From an uncultured OCS116 cluster bacterium (lineage in GTDB: Bacteria > Pseudomonadota > Alphaproteobacteria > Rhizobiales > TMED25), in NCBI GenBank assembly GCA_902538185.1, contig CACBED010000001.1:184285-248284 (forward strand): 64,000 bases of DNA, in the 5' to 3' direction. The translations under genes were made by a program, and so were the position numbers. Positions 26,305 to 36,223 of this stretch are shown here, one piece after another. The notes under the pieces were generated by a model, which saw nothing but the letters and a program-made list of their open reading frames with translations, did no database searches and had not been told where the DNA came from. Each line of letters begins with the position of its first letter. The stretch's first letter is position 1.

Positions 26305-26859
26305 TTAATAGCTGCTATGCGAGGAAATAAAAAGTTCACACACACTATCTGTTCTATTACTCCAGGCGTGATTTCCTCCAAGATTGACTATGGTATCACC
26401 CTGATTTAGCTGAACTTGATCTTCGTCTAAAATTAAAAAGATGGAGCCTTTCATTACGTAAATATAATCTAGAGAATTATTTTTGTGCATATATGGATGC
26501 TTTGAATTTTTGGCACTGAAGAGCTCGATTGAATTAATGGATTTGTAAAAATTTTTGACATCCTCTCTTGTAACTTTGTTAATGTACTCATTTTCAGGGG
26601 GTATAGTCACAAATCTACATATTGATCCTGATTTTGGAGGTATCAGAGTGTGTGGGTAACTGTCACTTTTCTCTTTCGCGTCATTACCAAAATTAGCAGG
26701 GCTGCGTAATGTCGCCCATATTTTTGTTGATTTATATCCTGGTCTAGCATTATCGGTAATGATATCTTCAGCAATTCCATCACTTATTCTTTTTATTTCG
26801 CCATTTGGAAGTTGCCCAATTACTATTCGCCTTATGTCAGTCATTATCATCACCACCAA
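26305..26859 (-). CDS. single-domain cupin protein (paralog of next gene)
   Basis: The C-terminal LDYIYVMKGSIFLILDED...GDTIVNLGGNHAWSN is a cupin barrel motif. The start is ambiguous (Met codons at 26859, 26850 and 26844). It overlaps the upstream gene's stop. Confidence 0.6.
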   Translation of the reverse strand: MVVMIMTDIRRIVIGQLPNGEIKRISDGIAEDIITDNARPGYKSTKIWATLRSPANFGNDAKEKSDSYPHTLIPPKSGSICRFVTIPPENEYINKVTREDVKNFYKSINSIELFSAKNSKHPYMHKNNSLDYIYVMKGSIFLILDEDQVQLNQGDTIVNLGGNHAWSNRTDSVCELFISSHSSY

Positions 26860-27385
26860 TCATAATAAAGAGCATTTCGTTTGGCCCATGACTATTATCC
26901 CATGAATGAAAATGACCAAGCTGAACAATTATGTCACCCTCATACATGACTAATTCGTCTTCGGGTAAAACATGGGTTCTTTTGCCCTTTGTCACAACAC
27001 CATAATCAACCGTGCGGGTGCGATGCATATTCCAATGCTTCTCACTCTTCATTTTTTCAGAGAGTCCTGTTCTATTCATCGACGCAAAAAATTTATCTGC
27101 TTTTTCTTGGTCAATTTTTTTATTATCTTCTTTCTTTGACTCAATAACTCTAAAGTGTGCGCCATTTAATGGTGGTGAGTGAGAGAGCGGTCTATCTGCG
27201 CCGTCTGAATGATTTGAGATATCAACCGGGCAGTTATCAAATGTCCAGATTTCATTAAAATAGATTGTTGAACCACCACCTCGATTATACTGGTAGGGGT
27301 TTTCAGTATCTGACACAACATAAGATCGGCCATCCTCCGTGTTTCCTACAATTACCCTTCTCGGTGGTTTTGGTTGTGGGCTCAT
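26837..27385 (-). CDS. single-domain cupin protein
   Basis: VDYGVVTKGKRTHVLPED...GDIIVQLGHFHSWDN has the same architecture as the downstream paralog. Confidence 0.6.
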   Translation of the reverse strand: MSPQPKPPRRVIVGNTEDGRSYVVSDTENPYQYNRGGGSTIYFNEIWTFDNCPVDISNHSDGADRPLSHSPPLNGAHFRVIESKKEDNKKIDQEKADKFFASMNRTGLSEKMKSEKHWNMHRTRTVDYGVVTKGKRTHVLPEDELVMYEGDIIVQLGHFHSWDNSHGPNEMLFIMIGGDDND

Positions 27386-27391
27386 TGGATC

Positions 27392-28078
27392 TTACATATC
27401 AAAAACTGCTACCGCCCTTACTGGCGAGCCTGTTCCATCCCTCCAAGCTAACGGTAGACAAATGAATGTGAATTCCCCCCTCCCGATTAGTTTCTCGAGA
27501 TTACATAAGCTCTCCAGATGTGTGATATTTACCTCATGACATATTTTATGTACGAGCGAGTTTACATCTCCAATTGGGCCCGGTCGCATCGAGTCGATAC
27601 CAAAATGAACGAAACCCTGTTCTGCGATCCATTTTGTTGCCTCAATATTCACTCCAGGGTTATCGGTTGAATAAGCAGCTGATGGGAAAGTCCTCTCGTG
27701 ATGGCCTGTGCAAAGTAGTAAAGTTCCATTTTCTGGAATCGGTTGGCCTGTTTTTTTAACGGCTTCTTCCAAATCTGAGGACGTTATCTCTGATTTTGGT
27801 TCTACGTGTCGTAAATCGATACAAATACCTTTCACAATACAATTTTCAAGTGGATATTCATTAATTGGCGTTCCATCAATACTAAAATGTCTTGGGGCAT
27901 CAATGTGTGTTCCCCCATGGTCAGGCATCGAAAAATAATGCACGGAGTTCCCTTGGATATTGCCAGAGTCTGCAAAAGCTTCTTCGTGACTTTTCCAAAC
28001 ACCATGAATGATAGGAGGCTGTCCTGGGTATTGTGGGGTGCGGTGATATAGCTCACGGCTTAAGTCTATTATTTCCAT
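27392..28078 (-). CDS. cyclase family protein (kynurenine/arylformamidase-like metal hydrolase)
   Basis: HGGTHIDAPRHF is the hallmark motif of the putative-cyclase / kynurenine formamidase family. Confidence 0.8.
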   Translation of the reverse strand: MEIIDLSRELYHRTPQYPGQPPIIHGVWKSHEEAFADSGNIQGNSVHYFSMPDHGGTHIDAPRHFSIDGTPINEYPLENCIVKGICIDLRHVEPKSEITSSDLEEAVKKTGQPIPENGTLLLCTGHHERTFPSAAYSTDNPGVNIEATKWIAEQGFVHFGIDSMRPGPIGDVNSLVHKICHEVNITHLESLCNLEKLIGRGEFTFICLPLAWRDGTGSPVRAVAVFDM

Positions 28079-28087
28079 ATTAATCTC

Positions 28088-29485
28088 CTAAAAACTGATG
28101 TTGTTATTATACAGAATATTAGCTTCAATGTTATAGGCTATTTGAAGTATTTTACTTTCGTCCCATTTCTTGCCTACAATTTGCATTGCAATTGGCATAT
28201 TTGACTTATCCCTTCCAATTGGTAAGACCAAAGCCGGTAAGCCCGTAACATTAAAGGGACTAAAGAACTGTCTATGATAATTAGCTGAATAATCATAATT
28301 TTTTTGATTTATTTTTGCGTTAAGGTCCTCTATCAGTGGCGCTGTAAAAGGTGTGGCCGGTGTTATTAATGCGTCAAATTTTTTAATTTTATTTTCAATC
28401 AATCTTGTCATTTTGATTTTGTTATCAAGTGCCGTCAGATAATCATCTATATCTACTTTTACGGACCATTCCATTCTCTTTCGAACATCAGGATCAAAAC
28501 TTTTAGGATTTTCAGAATACTGTTTGATGTGAACTTTTGTGAATTCCGGGCCTGCGATGCCATAGAATAAATCTTGTATTATATCCACATCCTCAAAATT
28601 GATTGTTGTTATGCTAGTGCCAAGATCTTCGAGTAAAGATTTTGCGTGTTCATATGAACCTTCTACCTCACCATCTAGTTCTTGGTTTTGATATATGTCA
28701 GGACATATCGCAATTTTGAGACCCTTAATATCACTTTCAAGTTGTGACAAATCAATTTTCTTATGCTCAACTGATTTCATGTCATTTTGGTCATATCCCT
28801 CTAAGGCGCTATAGGCCAAGGCTGTGGAATAAACAGATTCGCACATTGGTCCAACGTGGTCTATACTCGGTGAGTTTGGAAAAACCCCACTGAGGCTGAT
28901 TGCGCCATGGGTTGGTTTTAGACCCACAATACCGCATAGTGATGATGGCGTCCGAATAGATCCTCCTGTGTCTGTTCCAAGTGAGATGGGAACAAATTTA
29001 CTTGCCACTGCAGCGGCAGAACCACCACTGGAGCCCCCGACAATTTTTAGTGGGTTGTGTGGATTCCTCGTTGTCCCAAAATGTGCATTTATAGTTGTAG
29101 AGGCTGCTGCGTATTGATGAGTATTTGTTTTGCCTAGTAATATGGCACCTGCATCGTTCATCTTAGATATACAATATGCATCATGCTCTGGAATAAAGTC
29201 CTTATACAAAGCTGATCCATTTGTGGTACGAGTTCCTGCGGTGTTAATTATATCTTTTGCAGCATATGGGATGCCATGAAGGGGACCCTTGTATACCCCA
29301 TTTAAGATTTCACTTTCTGCTTCTTTTGCCCTTTTCAGGGCTTCGTCTTCTAGTATTGTTATGAATGCATTGAATTTGTGATTGTGCTCTGAAATTCTAT
29401 TCAAGTAATATTCGGTAACTTCCCTTGGGGACAGCTCTTTGCTTTTGATGGATTTGATAATTTCTCTTATATTGTTAAATTTCAT
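28088..29485 (-). CDS. amidase (amidase-signature family)
   Basis: It has the AS-family core GGSSGGSAAAVA plus GTDTGGSIRTPS. Confidence 0.85.
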   Translation of the reverse strand: MKFNNIREIIKSIKSKELSPREVTEYYLNRISEHNHKFNAFITILEDEALKRAKEAESEILNGVYKGPLHGIPYAAKDIINTAGTRTTNGSALYKDFIPEHDAYCISKMNDAGAILLGKTNTHQYAAASTTINAHFGTTRNPHNPLKIVGGSSGGSAAAVASKFVPISLGTDTGGSIRTPSSLCGIVGLKPTHGAISLSGVFPNSPSIDHVGPMCESVYSTALAYSALEGYDQNDMKSVEHKKIDLSQLESDIKGLKIAICPDIYQNQELDGEVEGSYEHAKSLLEDLGTSITTINFEDVDIIQDLFYGIAGPEFTKVHIKQYSENPKSFDPDVRKRMEWSVKVDIDDYLTALDNKIKMTRLIENKIKKFDALITPATPFTAPLIEDLNAKINQKNYDYSANYHRQFFSPFNVTGLPALVLPIGRDKSNMPIAMQIVGKKWDESKILQIAYNIEANILYNNNISF

Positions 29486-29615
29486 TCGAATCTTATTTTT
29501 TAAAATAAATTATATACATTTTAGTCATTTAATTATATAAACACAAAATATCTCACGCATAAACATAGATTCTATAATCTTGTTAATATGAGTAGATTTT
29601 GGCACTGTTAAATTA

Positions 29616-29642
29616 TCGACAACTGTCAGCCAATAGTATAAT
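29616..29642 (+). promoter_or_regulatory. candidate sigma70-type promoter for rplS
   Basis: TCGACA (29616-29621), a 15-nt spacer and TATAAT (29637-29642) lie about 38 nt upstream of the rplS ATG. The spacer is short, so this is pattern only. Confidence 0.3.
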
Positions 29643-29679
29643 GATAGCAGGAATAAGTCATGCTTAGTTGGGTGTTAAA

Positions 29680-30105
29680 ATGAATTTAATACAAGAACTT
29701 GAAAAAGAACAGTTAGACAAGCTAAGGGAAAGCAAACAAATACCAGATTTTACTCCTGGGGATACCGTTCGAGTGAATGTTAAAATTAGCGAAGGTACCA
29801 GAGAAAGAGTTCAAGCCTATGAAGGCGTTGTCATTGGAAGATCTGGTTCAGGTATTAATGAAAGCTTCACGGTGAGAAAGATTTCATACGGTGAAGGAGT
29901 TGAAAGAGTTTTTCCTGTATATTCTCCAACTATCGAGTCTATCTCTGTGGTAAAAAAAGGTAAGGTAAGAAGAGCAAAACTATACTATCTAAGAGATAGG
30001 AGAGGCAAATCTGCTCGAATAGCTGAAAAGATTGACGTAAATCGTCAAAAAGCAAAAGAAGTATCTCAACCCGAGGCCACAGGCGAAGAGAATGAATCAA
30101 AATAA
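29680..30105 (+). CDS. rplS: 50S ribosomal protein L19
   Basis: [12 protein letters not shown]...[30 protein letters not shown] is the canonical L19 sequence. I prefer the ATG at 29680 over the listed TTG at 29668. It has a C-terminal extension of about 25 aa that is rich in acidic residues. Confidence 0.9.
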   Translation: MNLIQELEKEQLDKLRESKQIPDFTPGDTVRVNVKISEGTRERVQAYEGVVIGRSGSGINESFTVRKISYGEGVERVFPVYSPTIESISVVKKGKVRRAKLYYLRDRRGKSARIAEKIDVNRQKAKEVSQPEATGEENESK

Positions 30106-30135
30106 ATCCTGTAACCAATAAAAGAGGATTTCACT

Positions 30136-31176
30136 TTGAATTATAAACTTCTAAAAGAATTGTGCGAGACTCCCTCTGTAGCGGGTAGGGAAGTACGAAT
30201 AAGAAATTTCATACACGAACATGTAAAAGCCTATTTTGATGAGATTGAAATTGATCCGCTTGGCTCTTTAATTTGCAAAATAAACTCAAAGAAAAAAAAT
30301 AAAAAGAAAATATTACTGCTCTGCCATATGGACGAGATTGGATTTCTTGTGAGTCATATTAACAGCAAAGGATTTGTATTTGTTGATCCGGTTGGTGGCT
30401 TTGATCCAAGAAATCTATTTTCAAGAAGGGTGCTAATTTGTACAGAAAAAGAGGATATCCGAGCCGTAATGAATCCACAAGGAAAGCCGGTACACACCCA
30501 AAGTCCTGCAGACCGAAAAAAAATTCCAGAGCCAGATGAATTCTTCATAGATACAGGACTGGGTGAGAAAGCTAAGGATAAAATAAAAATTGGTGATTTC
30601 GTTGTCATGGACGAGCCTTTTCTAGATATGCCTGAGAAAATTGTTTCAAAAGCGCTTGATAACAGGATTGCATGTTGGATTGGTATTGAAATTGCGAAGT
30701 ATTTTTATGAGAATAAGATTGAACTAAGTAATGATCTCGTTATCGTATTTACAACCCAAGAAGAGGTGGGATTGAGAGGGGCAAAGACTGCCTCATTTGA
30801 TGTTAAACCAGATATAGCGATCGGAGTTGATACAACTCTGGCCTGTGATACACCAGGTGTTCCTGAAAAAGATTGGATCACTCAGCACGGGAAAGGCTTT
30901 GGTTTACACATAAAAGACTCTTCTTTTATATCTGATAATGATCTGGTTGAAGAATTTGTTAAATTAGCAGAAAAAAGTAAGATTTCGTATCAGAGGACAA
31001 TACTAAGCCGGGGTGGCCAGGATGGAGCCGCAGGTCAGCAGGCCGGATCCGGAGCAAAAGCTATAGCAATAGTAGTAGGAACAAGATATATTCATACAGT
31101 AACAGAAATGATAGATAAAAAAGACTTGTCAAACGCACTAAATATTCTCAAGAAATACATTGAGGGTTTAAAATAA
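30136..31176 (+). CDS. M42 family metallo-aminopeptidase (FrvX/YsdC-like)
   Basis: LLKELCETPSVAGRE, HMDEIGF, ALDNR and TTQEEVGLRGA are M42 motifs. It uses a TTG start with GAGGA 6 nt upstream. Confidence 0.8.
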   Translation: MNYKLLKELCETPSVAGREVRIRNFIHEHVKAYFDEIEIDPLGSLICKINSKKKNKKKILLLCHMDEIGFLVSHINSKGFVFVDPVGGFDPRNLFSRRVLICTEKEDIRAVMNPQGKPVHTQSPADRKKIPEPDEFFIDTGLGEKAKDKIKIGDFVVMDEPFLDMPEKIVSKALDNRIACWIGIEIAKYFYENKIELSNDLVIVFTTQEEVGLRGAKTASFDVKPDIAIGVDTTLACDTPGVPEKDWITQHGKGFGLHIKDSSFISDNDLVEEFVKLAEKSKISYQRTILSRGGQDGAAGQQAGSGAKAIAIVVGTRYIHTVTEMIDKKDLSNALNILKKYIEGLK

Positions 31177-31214
31177 TTTTTTTAGAATAAATAACAAATT
31201 TTGGATACAGTGAA

Positions 31215-32624
31215 ATGAGCAAATCAAGAACTATTTATGATAAAATATGGGATGACCATCTTGTAAACACAAATGATGATGGAACATCACTTATTTATAT
31301 AGACAGGCATTTGGTCCACGAGGTGACTTCACCACAAGCATTTGAAGGTCTGAGGATGACCAAAAGGAAGGTTAGGTGTCCAGAAAAGACACTTGCTGTC
31401 GTAGATCACAATGTTCCTACTACTGATCGTAAAAATGGTATTGAGGATGAAGAGTCAAGAATACAAGTGGAAGCCCTTGAGAAAAACTGTAAAGAATTCG
31501 ATGTTGAGTATTTTAATGAGTTAGATATAAGACAAGGTATTGTTCATGTTGTAGGACCGGAACAAGGTTTTACATTGCCAGGAACAACAATAATGTGCGG
31601 TGACAGCCATACGTCAACACATGGCGCTTTCGGAGCACTTGCGATGGGCATTGGCACATCTGAAGTTGAACATATTCTTGCTACCCAAACCCTAATTCAA
31701 AGAAAGGCAAAAAATTTTAGAGTCAATGTTGGTGGAACAGCTCCAGATGGAGTAACCGCAAAAGACATTATTCTCTCCATTATTGGTGAGATCGGAGCTG
31801 GCGGTGGAACAGGATCTGTAATTGAATATACAGGTAAAGCGATTTCTGACCTATCTATGGAAGGAAGAATGACGGTCTGTAACATGTCCATTGAGGGTGG
31901 CGCAAGGGCTGGGCTGATAGGCCCCGATGAAAAGACTTTTTCTTATATTAAAGATCGACCAAGGTCGCCAAAAGGGGATGATTTTGATAGAGCGGTGGGT
32001 TATTGGAATGCACTTAATTCTGATAAGGATGCATATTTCGATAGAGATGTATATCTTGATGCGGCTGCGTTACCACCAGTTGTTACATGGGGGACAAGCC
32101 CTGAAGATGTGGTATCAATTAATGGTGAGGTTCCGGATCCAGAAGGCATAGATGATGAAATTAGAAAAGAGACAAAGAAAAGTGCACTTGAATATATGGA
32201 TTTGAAGCCTGGTACTAAAATAAAAGATATTGAGTTAGATGTTATATTTATAGGGTCTTGTACTAATGGAAGAATTGAGGATTTAAGAGAGGTTGCCAAG
32301 GTGGTAGAGGGTCACCATGTGAATGAAAATTTAAATGCAATGATAGTACCTGGATCAGGTTTGGTAAAGGAGCAAGCAATAAATGAAGGTCTTGATAAAA
32401 TTTTCATGGCAGCTGGATTTGAGTGGAGAGAGCCCGGATGCTCGATGTGCCTTGCCATGAATCCTGATAAGCTATTACCAGGGCAGAGATGTGCTTCTAC
32501 ATCCAATAGAAATTTCGAAGGAAGACAGGGGTTTCGAGGAAGAACCCACCTTGTGTCTCCTGCAATGGCAGCCGCTGCAGCTATCGCTGGCCGTTTCGTT
32601 GATGTAAGAGATTTTGTGAAGTAG
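31215..32624 (+). CDS. leuC: 3-isopropylmalate dehydratase large subunit
   Basis: It has the [12 protein letters not shown] start, the Fe-S Cys contexts GSCTNGR and CSMCLAMN, and is 469 aa long. Confidence 0.95.
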   Translation: MSKSRTIYDKIWDDHLVNTNDDGTSLIYIDRHLVHEVTSPQAFEGLRMTKRKVRCPEKTLAVVDHNVPTTDRKNGIEDEESRIQVEALEKNCKEFDVEYFNELDIRQGIVHVVGPEQGFTLPGTTIMCGDSHTSTHGAFGALAMGIGTSEVEHILATQTLIQRKAKNFRVNVGGTAPDGVTAKDIILSIIGEIGAGGGTGSVIEYTGKAISDLSMEGRMTVCNMSIEGGARAGLIGPDEKTFSYIKDRPRSPKGDDFDRAVGYWNALNSDKDAYFDRDVYLDAAALPPVVTWGTSPEDVVSINGEVPDPEGIDDEIRKETKKSALEYMDLKPGTKIKDIELDVIFIGSCTNGRIEDLREVAKVVEGHHVNENLNAMIVPGSGLVKEQAINEGLDKIFMAAGFEWREPGCSMCLAMNPDKLLPGQRCASTSNRNFEGRQGFRGRTHLVSPAMAAAAAIAGRFVDVRDFVK

Positions 32625-32634
32625 GAAGTCATTT

Positions 32635-33240
32635 ATGGAGAAATTTAAAAATATTACTGCTGTTGCTGCCCCATTACCTGAAGTGAATGTTGATACAGAT
32701 AAAATAATTCCAAAGCAATATTTGAAAACAATCGAAAGAACAGGACTGGGTAAAGGCTTGTTTTCTGAGTTACGCTATAACGATGATGGAACAGAAAATA
32801 AAGATTTTGTCTTAAATAAGTCTCAATACAGAAATGCCAAAATACTTGTCGCGGGGGATAACTTCGGCTGTGGATCAAGCAGGGAGCACGCACCTTGGGC
32901 GCTTCTTGACTACGGTATAAAGGTTGTTATTTCCACGTCATTTGCTGATATATTTTACAATAACTGTTTTAAAAATGGCATGTTACCTATTGTTCTTGAT
33001 GAAAAAGAGGTTAGTCTCCTGATGGAAGAAACAGAGAGGGGATCTAATGCAACTCTTTCAGTTGACCTTGAAAGTCAAGAGATTACTACCTCTGATGGTA
33101 ATAAAATTAACTTTAAGATCGACAAATTTCTCAAACACTGCTTGCTAAATGGTCTAGATGATATTGCGCTAACCCTGGAAAAAAACAGCGAAATTGGGAG
33201 CTACGAGGATAAAATTAAAAGTCAAAGACCATGGCTCTAA
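32635..33240 (+). CDS. leuD: 3-isopropylmalate dehydratase small subunit
   Basis: It has [15 protein letters not shown] and [11 protein letters not shown] motifs and lies next to leuC. Confidence 0.95.
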   Translation: MEKFKNITAVAAPLPEVNVDTDKIIPKQYLKTIERTGLGKGLFSELRYNDDGTENKDFVLNKSQYRNAKILVAGDNFGCGSSREHAPWALLDYGIKVVISTSFADIFYNNCFKNGMLPIVLDEKEVSLLMEETERGSNATLSVDLESQEITTSDGNKINFKIDKFLKHCLLNGLDDIALTLEKNSEIGSYEDKIKSQRPWL

Positions 33241-33272
33241 TAATACTAAACGTGGAAATATTGAGGTAAGTA

Positions 33273-34382
33273 ATGAGTTCATATAATTTACTTATGCTTC
33301 CCGGGGATGGAATAGGACCGGAGGTAATAAATGAAGTTGAAAGAGTAATTGAATGGTTCAATAAGAACTCTAACCATAAATTTGAAATTGAAAAAGATCT
33401 CGTTGGAGGTGCCGCATATGATGAGCATGGTCAATCAATCTCTGATGAAGCCATGGCTCTTGCCCATAAATCCGATGCAGTAATATTCGGTGCAGTGGGT
33501 GGACCAAAGTGGGATAATGTGCCATTTGAGGTGAGACCAGAAGCTGGCCTACTGAGACTTCGAAAAGAACTCGATTTATTTGCCAACCTGAGACCCGCAA
33601 TTTGTTACAAAGCGCTTGCAGAAGCATCAAGCCTCAAGAAGGAGCTTGTAGAAGGACTTGATATATTAATATTGAGAGAATTAACTGGCGGGGTATATTT
33701 TGGTGAACCGAAAGAGATTACTGACCTTCCTGATGGTCAAAAAAGGGCTGTAGATACTCAGGTATATACTTCCAGTGAGATAGAGAGGATAGCTCGAGTC
33801 GCTTTTGATCTTGCTAAAACCCGAAAAGGAAAAGTAACGTCGACAGAAAAGAGAAATGTTATGATTTCAGGTGTTTTTTGGAATAATGTCGTCTCCGAAG
33901 TCCACAAGAACGAATATCCAGAAATGGAGCTTGAGCATATGTTAGCTGATGCATGCGCTATGCAGCTTGTCAGAAAACCAAAACAGTTTGATCTTATTGT
34001 CGCGGACAATTTGTTTGGTGATATACTATCGGATGAAGCTGCTATGCTCACAGGATCTATGGGAATGCTTCCGTCAGCATCTCTTGGAGCTGTTAATCCA
34101 AATACGGGTAAGAGGAATGCAATGTATGAACCTGTTCACGGCTCTGCTCCAGATATTTCCGGACAAGGTATAGCAAACCCAATCGCCGAGATCGCATCTT
34201 TTGCAATGGCTTTACGCTATTCATTCAACCTAACAGAAGAGGCAAAGATGATAGAGGACTCGATTTCTGCAGCATTAGATCAAGGCATTAGAACACCAGA
34301 CATAATGCAAGATGGAATGAAAAAAGTTGGCACAAAAGAAATATCCGATGCAATAATTGCAGAAATGAATTCAAGAGCTTGA
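33273..34382 (+). CDS. leuB: 3-isopropylmalate dehydrogenase
   Basis: It has [24 protein letters not shown] and [11 protein letters not shown] motifs. Confidence 0.95.
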   Translation: MSSYNLLMLPGDGIGPEVINEVERVIEWFNKNSNHKFEIEKDLVGGAAYDEHGQSISDEAMALAHKSDAVIFGAVGGPKWDNVPFEVRPEAGLLRLRKELDLFANLRPAICYKALAEASSLKKELVEGLDILILRELTGGVYFGEPKEITDLPDGQKRAVDTQVYTSSEIERIARVAFDLAKTRKGKVTSTEKRNVMISGVFWNNVVSEVHKNEYPEMELEHMLADACAMQLVRKPKQFDLIVADNLFGDILSDEAAMLTGSMGMLPSASLGAVNPNTGKRNAMYEPVHGSAPDISGQGIANPIAEIASFAMALRYSFNLTEEAKMIEDSISAALDQGIRTPDIMQDGMKKVGTKEISDAIIAEMNSRA

Positions 34383-34392
34383 GTAAAAAACC

Positions 34393-35409
34393 ATGTCAAT
34401 AAAGATCGCGGTTGTTGGTGCAACAGGAAATGTTGGGAGAGAGATATTAAATATTCTTGACGAGAGAATGTTTCCTTGTGACGAAGTTATGGCACTCGCA
34501 TCCAGAAAGTCAATGGGTAGAGAGCTATCTTATGGTGATAAAACCCTAAAAGTGAAAAATCTTGAAACCTACGATTTTTCAGACATTGACATCGCTCTTT
34601 TTTCTGCAGGCTCAAAAATATCAGAAAAGTGGGGACCTATCGCAGCTTCTGCCGGGGCTATCGTAATTGATAATTCGTCATTTTGGAGGTATCACGATGA
34701 TGTTCCACTGATTGTTCCAGAAGTCAATCCCGATGATATAAAGTATTATAAAAACAGGGGAATTATTGCAAACCCAAATTGTTCGACTTCGCAATTAGTT
34801 GTAGTGTTAAAACCTCTTCATGATTTTGCGAAGATAACAAGGGTTGTCGTATCGACATATCAATCAGTGTCTGGGGCTGGCAATGCAGCAATGGAAGAAC
34901 TATTTAATCAAACAAAAGGTATATTTGTAAATCAGGCAGCAGAGCCCGAAAACTTTACAAGACAAATCGCTTTCAATGTCATACCCCATATAGATATTTT
35001 TCATGATGACGGTTTTACAAAAGAGGAATGGAAGATGTCATCTGAGACAAAGAAAATCATAGATAAAAATATTAAGCTGACTGCCACTTGTGTAAGAGTC
35101 CCCGTTTTTGTTGGCCATTCCGAGGCAGTCAATATTGAATTTGAGAAATCAATCAGCCCTGAAAAAGCACGAGCAATTCTTAGAGACTCACCAGGTGTTA
35201 TGCTAGTGGATGATCCCGAAGATGAAAAATATGTAACACCAATCGAGTGTGTTGGCGATTATGCAACTTTTGTAAGCAGGGTCCGTGAAGACATATCGGT
35301 AAAGAATGGTCTTGCTATGTGGGTTGTTTCAGATAATCTTCGAAAAGGCGCTGCGCTTAATGCTGTTCAGATTGCAGAGTTACTACTTAACAAAAAATAC
35401 GTTGGCTAG
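34393..35409 (+). CDS. asd: aspartate-semialdehyde dehydrogenase
   Basis: It has VVGATGNVG, the active-site context NPNCST and YQSVSGAG. Confidence 0.9.
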   Translation: MSIKIAVVGATGNVGREILNILDERMFPCDEVMALASRKSMGRELSYGDKTLKVKNLETYDFSDIDIALFSAGSKISEKWGPIAASAGAIVIDNSSFWRYHDDVPLIVPEVNPDDIKYYKNRGIIANPNCSTSQLVVVLKPLHDFAKITRVVVSTYQSVSGAGNAAMEELFNQTKGIFVNQAAEPENFTRQIAFNVIPHIDIFHDDGFTKEEWKMSSETKKIIDKNIKLTATCVRVPVFVGHSEAVNIEFEKSISPEKARAILRDSPGVMLVDDPEDEKYVTPIECVGDYATFVSRVREDISVKNGLAMWVVSDNLRKGAALNAVQIAELLLNKKYVG

Positions 35410-35477
35410 AAAAATTTTTATGGAATTTTGAATTAGAACAATTATAAATATACTGTGATTAATTTAATAAAGATCAA

Positions 35478-35852
35478 ATGAACAAACCATTATCCCCACA
35501 TTTATCAATTTACAAATTTAAATTAAGTTTACTTATGTCGATTGCGCATCGGATAACCGGTGGGGCGCTCTATTTTTCTATGATAATTTTTATGGGTTTT
35601 TTAGCTTCACTAGCACTTGGGGAACAATACTATGTAATCTTTTCAACTATAATTAGGTCATGGATTGGGAAGTTAATTATGTTAGGGATAACATGGGCCA
35701 TATTCCATCATATGCTAGGGGGACTTCGACATTTTATTTGGGACATTGGTAAAGGCTTTGAGGTAAAAACAGTTGATCAGCTGGCAGCGATTACACTGCT
35801 TGGCGGGGTACTTTTAACTTTAATTTACTGGCTCGTTTTCTTCATTATATAG
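35478..35852 (+). CDS. sdhC: succinate dehydrogenase cytochrome b556 subunit
   Basis: It has PLSPHLSIYKF...SIAHRITG and is the first gene of the sdhCDAB order. Confidence 0.85.
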   Translation: MNKPLSPHLSIYKFKLSLLMSIAHRITGGALYFSMIIFMGFLASLALGEQYYVIFSTIIRSWIGKLIMLGITWAIFHHMLGGLRHFIWDIGKGFEVKTVDQLAAITLLGGVLLTLIYWLVFFII

Positions 35853-35865
35853 CGGGATAAAATCT

Positions 35866-36192
35866 ATGACACATTCACCAACGAGACATTTTATTTTGCA
35901 AAGAATTACAGCAATCTTAAATATTCCAATCTTGATTTTTCTTTTGTATTTAATATTTACAATACCTGGAATGAGTTATGACGGAGTTGCAAGCCTCTTC
36001 CAAAAACCATCAATTCTTTTTCTCTCTTTACTCCTAACGTTTAATTTTGCTTTCCATATGAAATTAGGTATGCAAATGATAATTGAGGACTATATTCACG
36101 AAAATAAAAATTTAAAATTGGCACTTTTATTAAACAATATCTTCGTTTCAATCGTTATTATTGGGTGTACATATTCACTATTAACTTTATAA
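35866..36192 (+). CDS. sdhD: succinate dehydrogenase hydrophobic membrane anchor subunit
   Basis: It is a 108-aa, 3-TM protein with FILQRITAI, located between sdhC and sdhA. Confidence 0.75.
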   Translation: MTHSPTRHFILQRITAILNIPILIFLLYLIFTIPGMSYDGVASLFQKPSILFLSLLLTFNFAFHMKLGMQMIIEDYIHENKNLKLALLLNNIFVSIVIIGCTYSLLTL

Positions 36193-36223
36193 TTTACACT
36201 ATCTGAAGGGATAAATTTACATA

